43,112 nucleotides of DNA from Parachlamydiales bacterium (GTDB lineage Bacteria > Chlamydiota > Chlamydiia > Chlamydiales > SM23-39): NCBI GenBank assembly GCA_050302075.1, contig JBNLAH010000008.1:1-43112 (forward strand), written 5' to 3'. A model generated the notes under the pieces. That model was not told the DNA's origin. It saw nothing but the letters and a program-made list of their open reading frames with translations, and did not search any database. The stretch's first letter is position 1, and each line of letters starts with the position of its first letter. The translations under genes and the position numbers were made by a program. Shown here piece by piece: positions 19,760-29,495 of this stretch.

Positions 19760-20905
19760 ATGGCTACAAATAAATATTTAGATTGGTCAAGGCCTATAAT
19801 ATCAGGTTTTGAATTTGGATTTAATCTTGCACAAGAAAAGAAAGAGGCTAGAAAAAAAGATGATTGGAAAATGTTTTTATCTGGAGTTACTTTAATGAAA
19901 TCTAAACAACCTCTACCTGAAGGGTTATCAGATTTTATGAATAATTATATGGAAAAGAATTATGGCGTACAGGCTAATTTTGAAAGTTATGTGCCAGAAG
20001 ATAAAACAAAAACGCTTAGGCTAGATGATGCCGAAGGAATTATTAAAAATGCACAATCAGTATATGGACAGCCATTTTTAGGGAAAGAAAAAGATTTAGC
20101 AAAATTTATAAATGACAATACTACAGAAAATGGAAATTTTAAAATGTCAAAAGATGATTTAGAGGGATATTTAGATACTTATTACAGCAACCTGCTTAAA
20201 ACACAGGGCGATGTTAAAAAGCAACAGGAAGCTGCTAAAAAAGAAGTAAGAACATTTAAAAATTCTATTAAAAAGAAAGAACTTACTGATCTTATTACTG
20301 CTAAAACAAAATTAGATAAAGTAGATGGAATGATTCAACAGCTTAAAACTTTATATTACGAAGCTTATGATCCTATAAGTGTTAAAAAAGGAGATGTGAT
20401 AGGCGGGGTGGGGGCTAGATTAAGAGGTAAAGGAAAAGGCCTTGCAGGTTTCTTAGGAGCAAACCCACAAGCACGAGTATATAAAGATTTATCACAGGCA
20501 ATATCAAGTTTATTGGCAAAAGGAGTATGGGGAGAAGCAGGAAGATTAACTGATCAAGATATTGTAAGAGCGTTAGGAGCTCTTGGATCAGAAACTAATA
20601 CAAAGCAAGAAGCAGATGCAAAATTTAACCTTTTGACAAGTTTATCAAAAAAAGCTATGACTAATTTTAATAATCGCTGGAAAGTCTTAACTGGTGCGCC
20701 TTATAATGAAAATATTGCCTATGAAGCACAAGTTAATCTTACCCCTTATGAAATGGAAGATATAGATATGGAAGAGGAAGAGAATAGCTTTACAAGGCCT
20801 TTATATCAGTTAAGACCAGAAGCAGCAATAGAAGAAGATGTAGAAGTTGAAAAAGAACCAGAAAGCGCAATAGCAGTTAATCAGTTTTCTGATATAAATT
20901 TTTAG
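19760..20905 (+). CDS. Internal virion/DNA ejection protein
   Basis: GEAGRLTDQDI motif; helical; synteny. Confidence 0.6.
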   Translation: MATNKYLDWSRPIISGFEFGFNLAQEKKEARKKDDWKMFLSGVTLMKSKQPLPEGLSDFMNNYMEKNYGVQANFESYVPEDKTKTLRLDDAEGIIKNAQSVYGQPFLGKEKDLAKFINDNTTENGNFKMSKDDLEGYLDTYYSNLLKTQGDVKKQQEAAKKEVRTFKNSIKKKELTDLITAKTKLDKVDGMIQQLKTLYYEAYDPISVKKGDVIGGVGARLRGKGKGLAGFLGANPQARVYKDLSQAISSLLAKGVWGEAGRLTDQDIVRALGALGSETNTKQEADAKFNLLTSLSKKAMTNFNNRWKVLTGAPYNENIAYEAQVNLTPYEMEDIDMEEEENSFTRPLYQLRPEAAIEEDVEVEKEPESAIAVNQFSDINF

Positions 20906-20913
20906 GAGGAGTA

Positions 20914-22380
20914 ATGTATTACACAGAAGCAGCAGAAAAGATACGAGAGCAAAAACCTAGTTTATCTAATATGTATGATGATGACAAAGTTTTAGTAGAA
21001 GCTTTTATAAAAGCTCGTCCTGAATATGCAGAAAAAATAACCTTTGAAATGCCAGGCATGGAAGCCAGCATGCAGCAGACTACTCCACAAAGATATGGTT
21101 TTCTTGAGAAATTAACTGGTCAAAGAAGAGGAACTCCAACAGCATTACCGGGAATGCCTCAAGAAAAGGAGCCTTTATATCAATACCCGGGCACACCTTT
21201 AGGTAAAAAAAGAACAATAGACAAATTTTTGCCTTCTGGATTTAAAACCTTAACTTCTCCACGAGTAGCAGGACAGGTAGGACAAGAGGCTATAAATGCA
21301 GCATTATTAAATATGCCTAAAGCAATTTTAGGGAAACTAGGGTGGAGTTTACCAGCAGCAGAAACAGGAACAGAAAAACTAGCATCTATAGGCGGAACAG
21401 TAGCAGGCGCTTTAGCTCCAGTTGGACCAGCAGGACAAGTAGCGCGAGCGCCAGGGCGTATAAAAGCATTTACAAAACTTCCTGGAGTGGTAAAAGGAGC
21501 TATTGGCGGTGCTCTTGAAGGTTTAGCATGGACACCAGAAACAAAAGAAAGCGATTTAGTAGCTATTGATAAAAGATTAGGACAGGCTGGAATAGGAGGT
21601 TTAATAGGCGCAGCTTTAGGGGGAATATCTAGTGCTTGGGATAATTTAGGAAAAGTAAAAAATTTAAAAACAGATGAAGGACAGGTAAAACTTTCTAAAA
21701 TAATAGGGAAAAATTTATTTAAAGCCAAAAGAGAAGCAGGTAAAAAGTTTGAAACAGCCTTAAATACTCTTGCTGATAAATATCCAAAAACAATGGTAAA
21801 AACTACTGATATAGTAGATAATCTCGCAGAGGTAATAGATGATAATAGAATATTAAGATCATTAATGAGAAAAAGTCCTCTTTTGGAAGATTTAGCTACA
21901 AGTCCTCGAGATATAACAATAAAAGAAGCTCAAAAATTATCTAATGAATTAAATGCTTTAATGCCTAAGAAATTTGTAGAAGGCGATGTAGGGTTTTTAC
22001 AGCTTGAAGCAAAAGATTTAATAGATAATATAAGATTAGCACAATTAGAGGCATTCCCAGAACTTGCACCAGTTAGAGCAGATTATAAAAAATTTATGGA
22101 TAATTTTAATTTATTAGTTAAAAAAGTAAAAGACCCAGATATGCTTTTAAATGTTATTGCTAATGAATGGAGTGGTCCTGCAAAAAGGATCGCTGCAAAA
22201 AAAATATTAAAACCCAGTTTACAAAAACCAATTAAAAACTATCAAAAAATAAAGCAAGCAGAAAAATTTGGAAAAAAAATTAAAGAAAACGCAGTTATAG
22301 GAGTAACAGGAGGAGCAGCAGCAGGCGCAGCCGTTACTGGTTTATCTAAACTTTTAGGATTAGGAGGACGTAGAAGATGA
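20914..22380 (+). CDS. Internal virion/DNA ejection protein
   Basis: Several Gly/Ala zipper segments (GAIGGALEG, GIGGLIGAALGG, GGAAAGAAVTG). Confidence 0.6.
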   Translation: MYYTEAAEKIREQKPSLSNMYDDDKVLVEAFIKARPEYAEKITFEMPGMEASMQQTTPQRYGFLEKLTGQRRGTPTALPGMPQEKEPLYQYPGTPLGKKRTIDKFLPSGFKTLTSPRVAGQVGQEAINAALLNMPKAILGKLGWSLPAAETGTEKLASIGGTVAGALAPVGPAGQVARAPGRIKAFTKLPGVVKGAIGGALEGLAWTPETKESDLVAIDKRLGQAGIGGLIGAALGGISSAWDNLGKVKNLKTDEGQVKLSKIIGKNLFKAKREAGKKFETALNTLADKYPKTMVKTTDIVDNLAEVIDDNRILRSLMRKSPLLEDLATSPRDITIKEAQKLSNELNALMPKKFVEGDVGFLQLEAKDLIDNIRLAQLEAFPELAPVRADYKKFMDNFNLLVKKVKDPDMLLNVIANEWSGPAKRIAAKKILKPSLQKPIKNYQKIKQAEKFGKKIKENAVIGVTGGAAAGAAVTGLSKLLGLGGRRR

Positions 22381-25028
22381 AAAAAATTATTTTAGGACTA
22401 TTATTTTGTATTAGTTTATTGAGTTTAGGTCTAAGTTATAATACTGGTGGCTATGATGAAGGTGATTTATACATGGACGCAAACTCTATTAGGGGTAATA
22501 ATACTACTGGTTTATATTTTGATCCTGATAATGATGGAACTAATGAGATTATTTTTGATACAGCAGGTTATATAACCTCAAATGGTATAAATATTACAAG
22601 TACAACAATAGATGCAAATAGTATTGAAACTGATTATTTAACGGTTAATAGTACAAGTAGCTTTGGCGATACATCTTCTTTTTCCTATGGAATATCAGCA
22701 GCAACAGGTGTTTTTAGTGGGTCTATAGAGGCTGCTGACTTATCAGTAACCACGGTAACAGCCTTAACCCCTTTAGACGGCTTGCATATTATGAATAATG
22801 GAAATAAAGGCATTCGAGTAGAATTAGATGGCGATGTTACAATAGGCGATTATTCTACGTCAGCTTCTAATTACGATTTAACTGTTATTGGAGGAATGCA
22901 AACTCCCTCCGTATACGGAGATGGTATCCCAGGTCTTACATTACAGAATAGCGCAGGTGCTAGTATTGCTATTACTTATTCTACTGTTGCGGTTACCGCA
23001 ACAGAACTTACAGCCTCTGGAAATTTAGACGTTACAAATACAATAACAGGTGGCACATTAACTGATGGAACATTAACTATTAATAGCGGTCAACTTTTAA
23101 GTGGAGTAACTGTTGAGGCAGGAATAGGAGATTTTGATACAGTATATACATCAACAATACAATCTAAGTCCCCGCTTTATATACTATCTAATGACGAGAT
23201 GTACTTTGACGATATAAATACTACTTCTTTAATTACATTATCTGACTCAAACAATGCAGTATATAATAGCGATAACCAAACCCTTGTAGGAAGTGTAAAT
23301 AATGTTTTATCTGCTCTAGGGTGTGCAGGCCTTTTAATCGGGGGAGCAATAACAGATAATTTGGATGGGACAGTAGATGTGGCAAGTGGGCAAGGATATA
23401 TTAGAATAGAGGATAGCTCTACCACAACATTAAAGTATTTCACTTTTTCTGCGGCTTCTAGCGTTGCATTAACAGATAATAGCGAAAATTATATATATAT
23501 AGATTATAATAGCGGGACACCTGTGGTTGCAGTTACTACAAGCGGGAGCACTATTAGAGCTAATGAAAATGATCAATTTGAAATAGGAGAAGTATATAGA
23601 GAAGGAACAGATTTACATATTACTATGCATAATCAAAAAGCAGAACCTGGACGTTTGTTGCAACAGAGATTGTATGATGAAAATACCATTATAAGAGCTA
23701 ATGCGATAGGTGGCTTAATACTAGGGGAAACAGGAACAAGAAATGTAACAATGTCAGCAGGAAAAATTTGGATAAAGCTTAATTCTGAAAGTTTATCTGC
23801 AATTGATACATCTGTAGCAGATACTTTCGTAAGATATTATCAAGATGGAGTGGGCGGCTGGACTGAACAGACTGCACAGACACAGTGGAATAATACTCAA
23901 TATGATGACGGGTCAGGATCACTTGCAAGTATAGGCGTTGCGAAATATTCTTTTCAAGAATTTTATATTGAAAGCGATGGGGGACTAGTAAGTGTTTTTG
24001 GACAAAATGAATATAACTCACTAATTGGGGCGGAAAATGCTGGAACATTATCAACTATTCCTGATAGGCTAGGAGATCATGCGTTATATATTGGACGTAT
24101 AGTTTTTCAACAAAATGACAGTAGTGCTCAAAGTGTATTATCACCTTTTACCAATATATTAAGCCCCGCGTCAGTTACAAATCATAATAATCTAGCAAAT
24201 CTTGATTATGCTTCTGCCGGACATACAGGTTTTGCAGGCACAGGAGTTGCTAATACATTTACTTCTAGTCAAACAATTAATAATATAATAGAAACAAGCA
24301 CAGTAACAATAAACGGATCAACTACATTTCAGAGATTAAGTATAACAGGGCAAATGCGATTAAATGAAGATGCAGCAATTTTGGGAGGCGATCATATAGG
24401 GCTAGCGGCAAATACTGATGTATTAATAGTAGCAGATGTTAACGATACTTCTGGGCTAAGCGCTAATGATATAATTATGGGTGCAGGGAGTAGCTCTACT
24501 TCTGGATCGGATACCTGGGCAAACATATTTCCTACTGATCTACCTAGGAATGAATTTGTAAGAATAAAAGGAAATAGCGGGAGGGTAGGAATAGGCACAA
24601 ATGCACCTGACTATGAATTGGATGTTGTTGGAAATATCAATGCTGATTATGGAGTTATAGCATCAAGCGGTACGTTTGAAACAATAATAGTAAGCAGTTA
24701 TACTGTAACAACAGGAGTTGACAGCCTGCTTAATGGTAGTTATGGTACACAAATTTCGTCTTTTACAATTAGTGCAGAATATGACGTTCAAGCTCATGAT
24801 GCAACGCTAATTATAACTTCAGCAGATGCAGGAGCATATAATGTAATTTTGCCTGTTGTTGCTTCTAGCAATAGAGGAAGAATTATAACAGTAATAAACT
24901 CAGGCGCTGATAATTTCACAGTGGAAGGAACTATTAATGGGGGCAGTAATTATGTACTTATTCCTTGGGCAGCAGCAACATTTCAAAGTGATGGCACGAG
25001 TGGATGGGTAATTTTAAGTACAAAATAA
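22377..25028 (+). CDS. Tail fibre / receptor-binding protein with signal peptide
   Basis: MKKIILGLLFCISLLSLGLS|; HNNLANLDYASAGHTGF, GRVGIGTNAPDYELDVVGNI fibre motifs; C-terminal ATFQSDGTSGW. Confidence 0.8.
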   Translation: MKKIILGLLFCISLLSLGLSYNTGGYDEGDLYMDANSIRGNNTTGLYFDPDNDGTNEIIFDTAGYITSNGINITSTTIDANSIETDYLTVNSTSSFGDTSSFSYGISAATGVFSGSIEAADLSVTTVTALTPLDGLHIMNNGNKGIRVELDGDVTIGDYSTSASNYDLTVIGGMQTPSVYGDGIPGLTLQNSAGASIAITYSTVAVTATELTASGNLDVTNTITGGTLTDGTLTINSGQLLSGVTVEAGIGDFDTVYTSTIQSKSPLYILSNDEMYFDDINTTSLITLSDSNNAVYNSDNQTLVGSVNNVLSALGCAGLLIGGAITDNLDGTVDVASGQGYIRIEDSSTTTLKYFTFSAASSVALTDNSENYIYIDYNSGTPVVAVTTSGSTIRANENDQFEIGEVYREGTDLHITMHNQKAEPGRLLQQRLYDENTIIRANAIGGLILGETGTRNVTMSAGKIWIKLNSESLSAIDTSVADTFVRYYQDGVGGWTEQTAQTQWNNTQYDDGSGSLASIGVAKYSFQEFYIESDGGLVSVFGQNEYNSLIGAENAGTLSTIPDRLGDHALYIGRIVFQQNDSSAQSVLSPFTNILSPASVTNHNNLANLDYASAGHTGFAGTGVANTFTSSQTINNIIETSTVTINGSTTFQRLSITGQMRLNEDAAILGGDHIGLAANTDVLIVADVNDTSGLSANDIIMGAGSSSTSGSDTWANIFPTDLPRNEFVRIKGNSGRVGIGTNAPDYELDVVGNINADYGVIASSGTFETIIVSSYTVTTGVDSLLNGSYGTQISSFTISAEYDVQAHDATLIITSADAGAYNVILPVVASSNRGRIITVINSGADNFTVEGTINGGSNYVLIPWAAATFQSDGTSGWVILSTK

Positions 25029-25043
25029 AAAATAGGATAAGGC

Positions 25044-25418
25044 ATGGAAAATAATAGAAAGCGTCAAGTAGTAGAAATTAGAGCCGAGGATATTCAGAAT
25101 TTGCATGAAATAACCAAAATATCTAATATGATAGCTGCTATACAGCAGAAAATAGATGATGTAGTAATTGTAACCTTAAATAATCATACAAACGTACTAT
25201 TTGGGCCTGATATGAGAGGTGGTTTAGTTAATGATTTTGAACATTGTCATAGTAAAGTAGAAAATATGATAAAAGAAATAGAGTATAATGCTCAAAAAAT
25301 ACATGAACATAAAAAAAACCATTGGAAAACTACTACATTGATTGTAGGGGTTATAACTGCTATAATTAATTCTATAATTACTTTGTTTACAAAGTTTTTT
25401 ATAGCTCATCCTATTTAG
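25044..25418 (+). CDS. Coiled-coil protein with C-terminal TM helix (lysis-associated)
   Basis: C-terminal LIVGVITAIINSIITLF; lies just before the endolysin. Confidence 0.55.
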   Translation: MENNRKRQVVEIRAEDIQNLHEITKISNMIAAIQQKIDDVVIVTLNNHTNVLFGPDMRGGLVNDFEHCHSKVENMIKEIEYNAQKIHEHKKNHWKTTTLIVGVITAIINSIITLFTKFFIAHPI

Positions 25419-25430
25419 GAGTATGAAAGT

Positions 25431-25913
25431 ATGTTAAGCAATGAAGAAATAAATTCAATGTTAGATGTAGAAAATGTTAGGGGATATAAAACGCCTAAAC
25501 GTTTTTTTTGTATTGAAGAGCTTGTACATCCTGATATATATGTTGAATATGGTGAAGAAAAATGTTGGCAATTATTAGACTCAAGAATGTTGATAATGCT
25601 AGTAAAATTAAGGCTTAAGCTTAATATTCCTCTTGTTATTAATACTTATCATAAAGGAGGTGCAAGACATTATTCTGGACTAAGACCTCCTCTACATCCC
25701 GAGCATTTTAAATATGATTCAACATCTCAACATGTATTTGGTAGGGCTTACGATATAATATCAAAAGATATATCAGCAAAAGATATGAGAAAACATATCT
25801 TAGAAAATCAAGATTTTTATAATTATATTACATACATGGAAGATGGTGTTAACTGGCTTCATATAGATTGTAGAAATAGCACCTTTGACAAAATACATCT
25901 TTTTAAAGTATAA
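25431..25913 (+). CDS. Endolysin, peptidase M15 family
   Basis: SGLRP, SQHVFGRAYD, WLHIDCR zinc-peptidase motifs. Confidence 0.88.
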   Translation: MLSNEEINSMLDVENVRGYKTPKRFFCIEELVHPDIYVEYGEEKCWQLLDSRMLIMLVKLRLKLNIPLVINTYHKGGARHYSGLRPPLHPEHFKYDSTSQHVFGRAYDIISKDISAKDMRKHILENQDFYNYITYMEDGVNWLHIDCRNSTFDKIHLFKV

Positions 25914-25919
25914 TAAAAA

Positions 25920-27182
25920 ATGGAAAAAAAAATCCTTATAATTACATATAGCTTTCTTCCTTATGCTAAAAGTATGGGTGATTGTAGACGAATGTTAAAT
26001 TTAGCAGAGTATCTTTTAAAACATAATTATAAAGTTTTTGTATTAACATCTGATGGATATTATTTTGGATATTTCGGGTGTAGAGATAGAGTAAAAGATA
26101 TAAATATTACTTATTTGAAAGATAGGGTTAGATATTTACAGTATAAAAGATTGTATGATAAGGTTGATATTAGAAATCAATCAGTTAAATTCTTTTCTAT
26201 TTGGTTAAAAGTTAAGAAGTTTTTTTTTAATATAGTAAAGCAGTTAATTATTCCTGATTTTGGAATATTTATGGTTCCTAAATATTATAGAAAAGTAAGC
26301 CAGTTGGTAAAGGAGAATGATATTAGAAATGTTATTATATCATCGCCAATTCATAGCATACAAGTAACAGGTATTTTATTGAAGAGTAAATTTGGCAAAA
26401 ATATTAATTTAATTACAGATTATAGAGATAGCTGGAATTGTTCTAATGCTCATAAGAAAAGTTTTTTTGTTTCTGACTATTTCAATAAAAAAATTGAGAG
26501 AAAAATTTTGACTAATACGGATTATTTTACTTATGTTTCAGAACCAATGAGAACAAAACTTGAAACAATGTTTCATTTAAATTTATCAGATAAAGCAAAA
26601 TTAGTAATGACAGGGTTTGAAAATAGACAATTAGAAGAAAGCAGTTTAGTTAAGGATAAAAGTTTAATTAAGATAGGTTATTTTGGTTTTTTGGATGAGA
26701 GAGATAGTTCTTATAAAAGGATTACATGTTTCTTTGATATATTAGAAAATAATAAAAAACAATTAAGCAATATTCTAATTTCTCTTTATGGCATAGTAAA
26801 GCTTGTTAATAATTATTCAATGATTCATTTGCAAGGAATATTAGAACATGATACAGCATTAAAGAAAATGCAAGAAATGGATTATTTATTAATTTTATAT
26901 ACAAATTGCCAAAATTCTGATGAAGTGGTTACAGGAAAATTTTTTGATTATATTTCTACGAAAAAACCTATTGTTTGTATTGGCCCTAAAAACATGGAAG
27001 TAAAAAGATTAATTTCTCAATATAATTTAGGTATTAATATTAATATTTTTGATGAAAAGGATATATTGAAAAACTTATTATCTTTGAAGGATATAAATAA
27101 AGATAATTTTTATAAAAATATTGATGTAAATCTTTTTTCAAGGGATGTTCAATACCAGAAGTTTTTAGAGCTTTTACTTTAA
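25920..27182 (+). CDS. GT-B fold glycosyltransferase (GT4-like)
   Basis: KKILIITYSF.P, IISSP, DYRDSW, IGYFG, TGKFFDYISTKKPI. Confidence 0.88.
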   Translation: MEKKILIITYSFLPYAKSMGDCRRMLNLAEYLLKHNYKVFVLTSDGYYFGYFGCRDRVKDINITYLKDRVRYLQYKRLYDKVDIRNQSVKFFSIWLKVKKFFFNIVKQLIIPDFGIFMVPKYYRKVSQLVKENDIRNVIISSPIHSIQVTGILLKSKFGKNINLITDYRDSWNCSNAHKKSFFVSDYFNKKIERKILTNTDYFTYVSEPMRTKLETMFHLNLSDKAKLVMTGFENRQLEESSLVKDKSLIKIGYFGFLDERDSSYKRITCFFDILENNKKQLSNILISLYGIVKLVNNYSMIHLQGILEHDTALKKMQEMDYLLILYTNCQNSDEVVTGKFFDYISTKKPIVCIGPKNMEVKRLISQYNLGININIFDEKDILKNLLSLKDINKDNFYKNIDVNLFSRDVQYQKFLELLL

Positions 27183-27186
27183 AAGC

Positions 27187-27215
27187 TTGTAAAAATATGT
27201 TTTTAAATGTATAAT
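27187..27215 (+). promoter_or_regulatory. Sigma70-type promoter
   Basis: TTGTAA-17 nt-TATAAT. Confidence 0.55.
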
Positions 27216-27269
27216 AAACTATTATATTATTATTCAAATAGCTTATCTGCTATGAGCAGAAAAAGTAAC

Positions 27270-27304
27270 GGGGGAAGGCTTGCTGATTAGCTTCCCCTGA
27301 TTTT
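27270..27304 (+). terminator. Terminator-like hairpin
   Basis: GGGGAAGGCT...AGCTTCCCC followed by TGATTTT. Confidence 0.6.
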
Positions 27305-27547
27305 AAAAAAAAGATATATATATGAATAAAAAAAACAATAATGGAGTAAGCTGGGTAGTCTATTCTAAAAAAAAACAGTTAGGCAGCTTATATCAAATAT
27401 TGCCCCTCAATAAGAATTATTGGAATGATAAAAAGATTAATAATTATAATTTTATATCACAGATAAAAAATATATGGAAAAAATATATAGGAAAATATAG
27501 AGCTATAAAAATAAAATTGTTTAAAATAAAATTTTAAGAGGGAATAG

Positions 27548-28045
27548 ATGAGCCTTTTAGATAAAGAGTTAGAATATTATAATTATATTATAGATCATAA
27601 AAAGAATGTTATAAATATGTTTAGATTATTTTATTGTAAGTATTCAAATGAAAATTACGATTGGGAAAAAATAAGACAAAATATATATATGCATGACTTA
27701 TCAAACTTTTTTGTAGAAGAATTTGAAGGGTATAGGCAATATTTTTATCCGTTAAATGAGCAGAAAAAAAATAGAGAAATAATGGAAAAGAGTTGGAAGC
27801 ATCACATTGATAACAATCCTCACCACTGGGAATTTTGGAAGCTTAAGGGAAAACCTATCCCTATGCCAATGGAATATATTATAGAAATGCTTTGCGATTG
27901 GGGGGCGCAAAAATTAAAATTTGGGGAAATAATAGAAGATTGGTTTAATGAACAAAAAAATATTTTATTCCACGATAGAACTAGAGAAATAATTTTAAAT
28001 TTAATCCCAAAATTTGATAAAATTTTAAAAGTGGGAAATATATAA
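27548..28045 (+). CDS. HD-domain-like protein (DUF5662-like)
   Basis: HKKNV, HDLS, WKHH...NPHHWEFW, MPMEYIIEMLCDW. Confidence 0.8.
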   Translation: MSLLDKELEYYNYIIDHKKNVINMFRLFYCKYSNENYDWEKIRQNIYMHDLSNFFVEEFEGYRQYFYPLNEQKKNREIMEKSWKHHIDNNPHHWEFWKLKGKPIPMPMEYIIEMLCDWGAQKLKFGEIIEDWFNEQKNILFHDRTREIILNLIPKFDKILKVGNI

Positions 28046-28055
28046 GGAGGGGTAT

Positions 28056-28415
28056 ATGATGAATCATAAGGAACGAGTAGACAAGATAATGGAGAATGCA
28101 GACGAAATAGTATCATACACAAAAGAGATACTAGAGAATATGAAAAGTGCTATTTTAACGTATGTAAAGCAGAATTGTGAGGTAATAATAGATACTCCTA
28201 CAGAAAATGATTTTTTTAAAGACTTAGCAGAAATTGGAGATCGTCTTTATAAAGGCAATTTTTTCATTGAAAGAGTAGACGAGATCATCTTTTTTTATGC
28301 TGGAAAAATGCTAGATAAATATATACTTGACCGAATATTTGGAAAAAATTGGTTTACTGTATTACAGCAAAAAGCTATCGATTTTAAAAGAGAAAAAGAA
28401 AATATAATTTTATAA
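28056..28415 (+). CDS. Hypothetical protein
   Basis: ORF with AGGAGG RBS. Confidence 0.7.
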   Translation: MMNHKERVDKIMENADEIVSYTKEILENMKSAILTYVKQNCEVIIDTPTENDFFKDLAEIGDRLYKGNFFIERVDEIIFFYAGKMLDKYILDRIFGKNWFTVLQQKAIDFKREKENIIL

Positions 28416-28436
28416 GACTAAGGAAGGTACTTTTTT

Positions 28437-28754
28437 ATGAAAAAAATTTTTATTAGTCAGCCAGTGGCTGGAAAATCCGAGGAAGAAATTTTGCAAACGA
28501 GAGAAAATGCGCTTGTAAAAGTAAAAGATTATGTAAAAAGAACGATGGATGATAATTTTGTATTAATAGACACCTACTTTTCTGATTTTAATGGTAATCC
28601 AGTTGAATTTTTGGGAAAAGCTATTTCGGAAGGATTAGCAAAAGCTGATTTATGCGTTTTTCTCCCAGGTTGGGAAAATACAAACGGGTGTAGATGCGAG
28701 CATTTTATTGCAACTCAATATAATGTTCCTAAATTATATATCAATGAATTATAG
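28437..28754 (+). CDS. DUF4406 / nucleoside 2-deoxyribosyltransferase-like protein
   Basis: KKIFISQP..GK, LAKADLCVFLPGWENTNGCRCEH. Confidence 0.8.
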   Translation: MKKIFISQPVAGKSEEEILQTRENALVKVKDYVKRTMDDNFVLIDTYFSDFNGNPVEFLGKAISEGLAKADLCVFLPGWENTNGCRCEHFIATQYNVPKLYINEL

Positions 28755-28763
28755 GAGGATAAT

Positions 28764-28958
28764 ATGCTACAAGGAAAAAAATTATATTATAAGGTTTATT
28801 GTCAAAGTTTAGGAGATTTTTTATTTTCAAACTGTCCCTCATCCTCTAGCTGGCAAAAAGAATCTATTTTAAATTTTACAGCATATAATACTGATGTTAT
28901 CCCTGAGGCACCTCATAAAAACTGGATAAAACATAAAATTGAAAAAAAATGGAGATGA
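28764..28958 (+). CDS. Hypothetical protein sharing its first six codons with the holin-like gene
   Basis: GGAGG RBS; MLQGKK start. Confidence 0.5.
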   Translation: MLQGKKLYYKVYCQSLGDFLFSNCPSSSSWQKESILNFTAYNTDVIPEAPHKNWIKHKIEKKWR

Positions 28959-28964
28959 TAACTC

Positions 28965-29135
28965 ATGCTACAAGGAAAAAAAACTTATATAACAGGCGCA
29001 ATAATGATAGCAATATACATACTAGAAAATATTCTAGGTATTGATATTCCTACAGTAGATAGTTCAGGGAACCTTTTATTGCAAGGAATAGCTTTATTGA
29101 CTGGTAGATCAGCAATTAAAAAATTAGAGAAATAA
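28965..29135 (+). CDS. Holin-like small membrane protein (56 aa, not in the ORF track)
   Basis: MLQGKKTYITGAIMIAIYILENILG...GIALLTGRSAIKKLEK: GKKTY start, two hydrophobic segments, basic tail. Confidence 0.65.
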   Translation: MLQGKKTYITGAIMIAIYILENILGIDIPTVDSSGNLLLQGIALLTGRSAIKKLEK

Positions 29136-29138
29136 AAC

Positions 29139-29291
29139 ATGTGGTATAAAACAAATGATGTAGATATTTTTCTTACAATAATATATCTTCTGCTTTTTAT
29201 TCTATGTTTTGTCTTGTTCTCTTGGAAATTAGCTTTAATTGTTTTTTTAATTTGCGTGATAGCTAATAATACTAAGAAAGTCCAATATTAA
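29139..29291 (+). CDS. Small membrane protein (50 aa)
   Basis: MWYKTNDVDIFLTIIYLLLFILCFVLFSWKLALIVFLICVIANNTKKVQY. Confidence 0.5.
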   Translation: MWYKTNDVDIFLTIIYLLLFILCFVLFSWKLALIVFLICVIANNTKKVQY

Positions 29292-29495
29292 TTATATTCT
29301 TTAATCTATTTTATTTCATAGCTTTATTCTTTCTCTAACAATTTCTATCTGATAAAATAGGCTCTATAAGTTTAAAATCAAAAACCTCTTTATCTGATTT
29401 AAATGTAACCTTGGTATTTGTTATAATATCATATATAAATAAAGCACATAATATTTGTATCATTTTACTTGTTTTCCTTAATAATAAATTCTTTT

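Noticed and set aside
21180..21728. 182-aa antisense ORF, and other antisense or alternative-frame ORFs inside large genes
   Set aside because: Shadows of well-supported genes; no RBS or recognisable motifs
27322..27537. 71-aa K/N/I-rich ORF
   Set aside because: No clear RBS and low-complexity AT-rich sequence; cannot be supported as a gene
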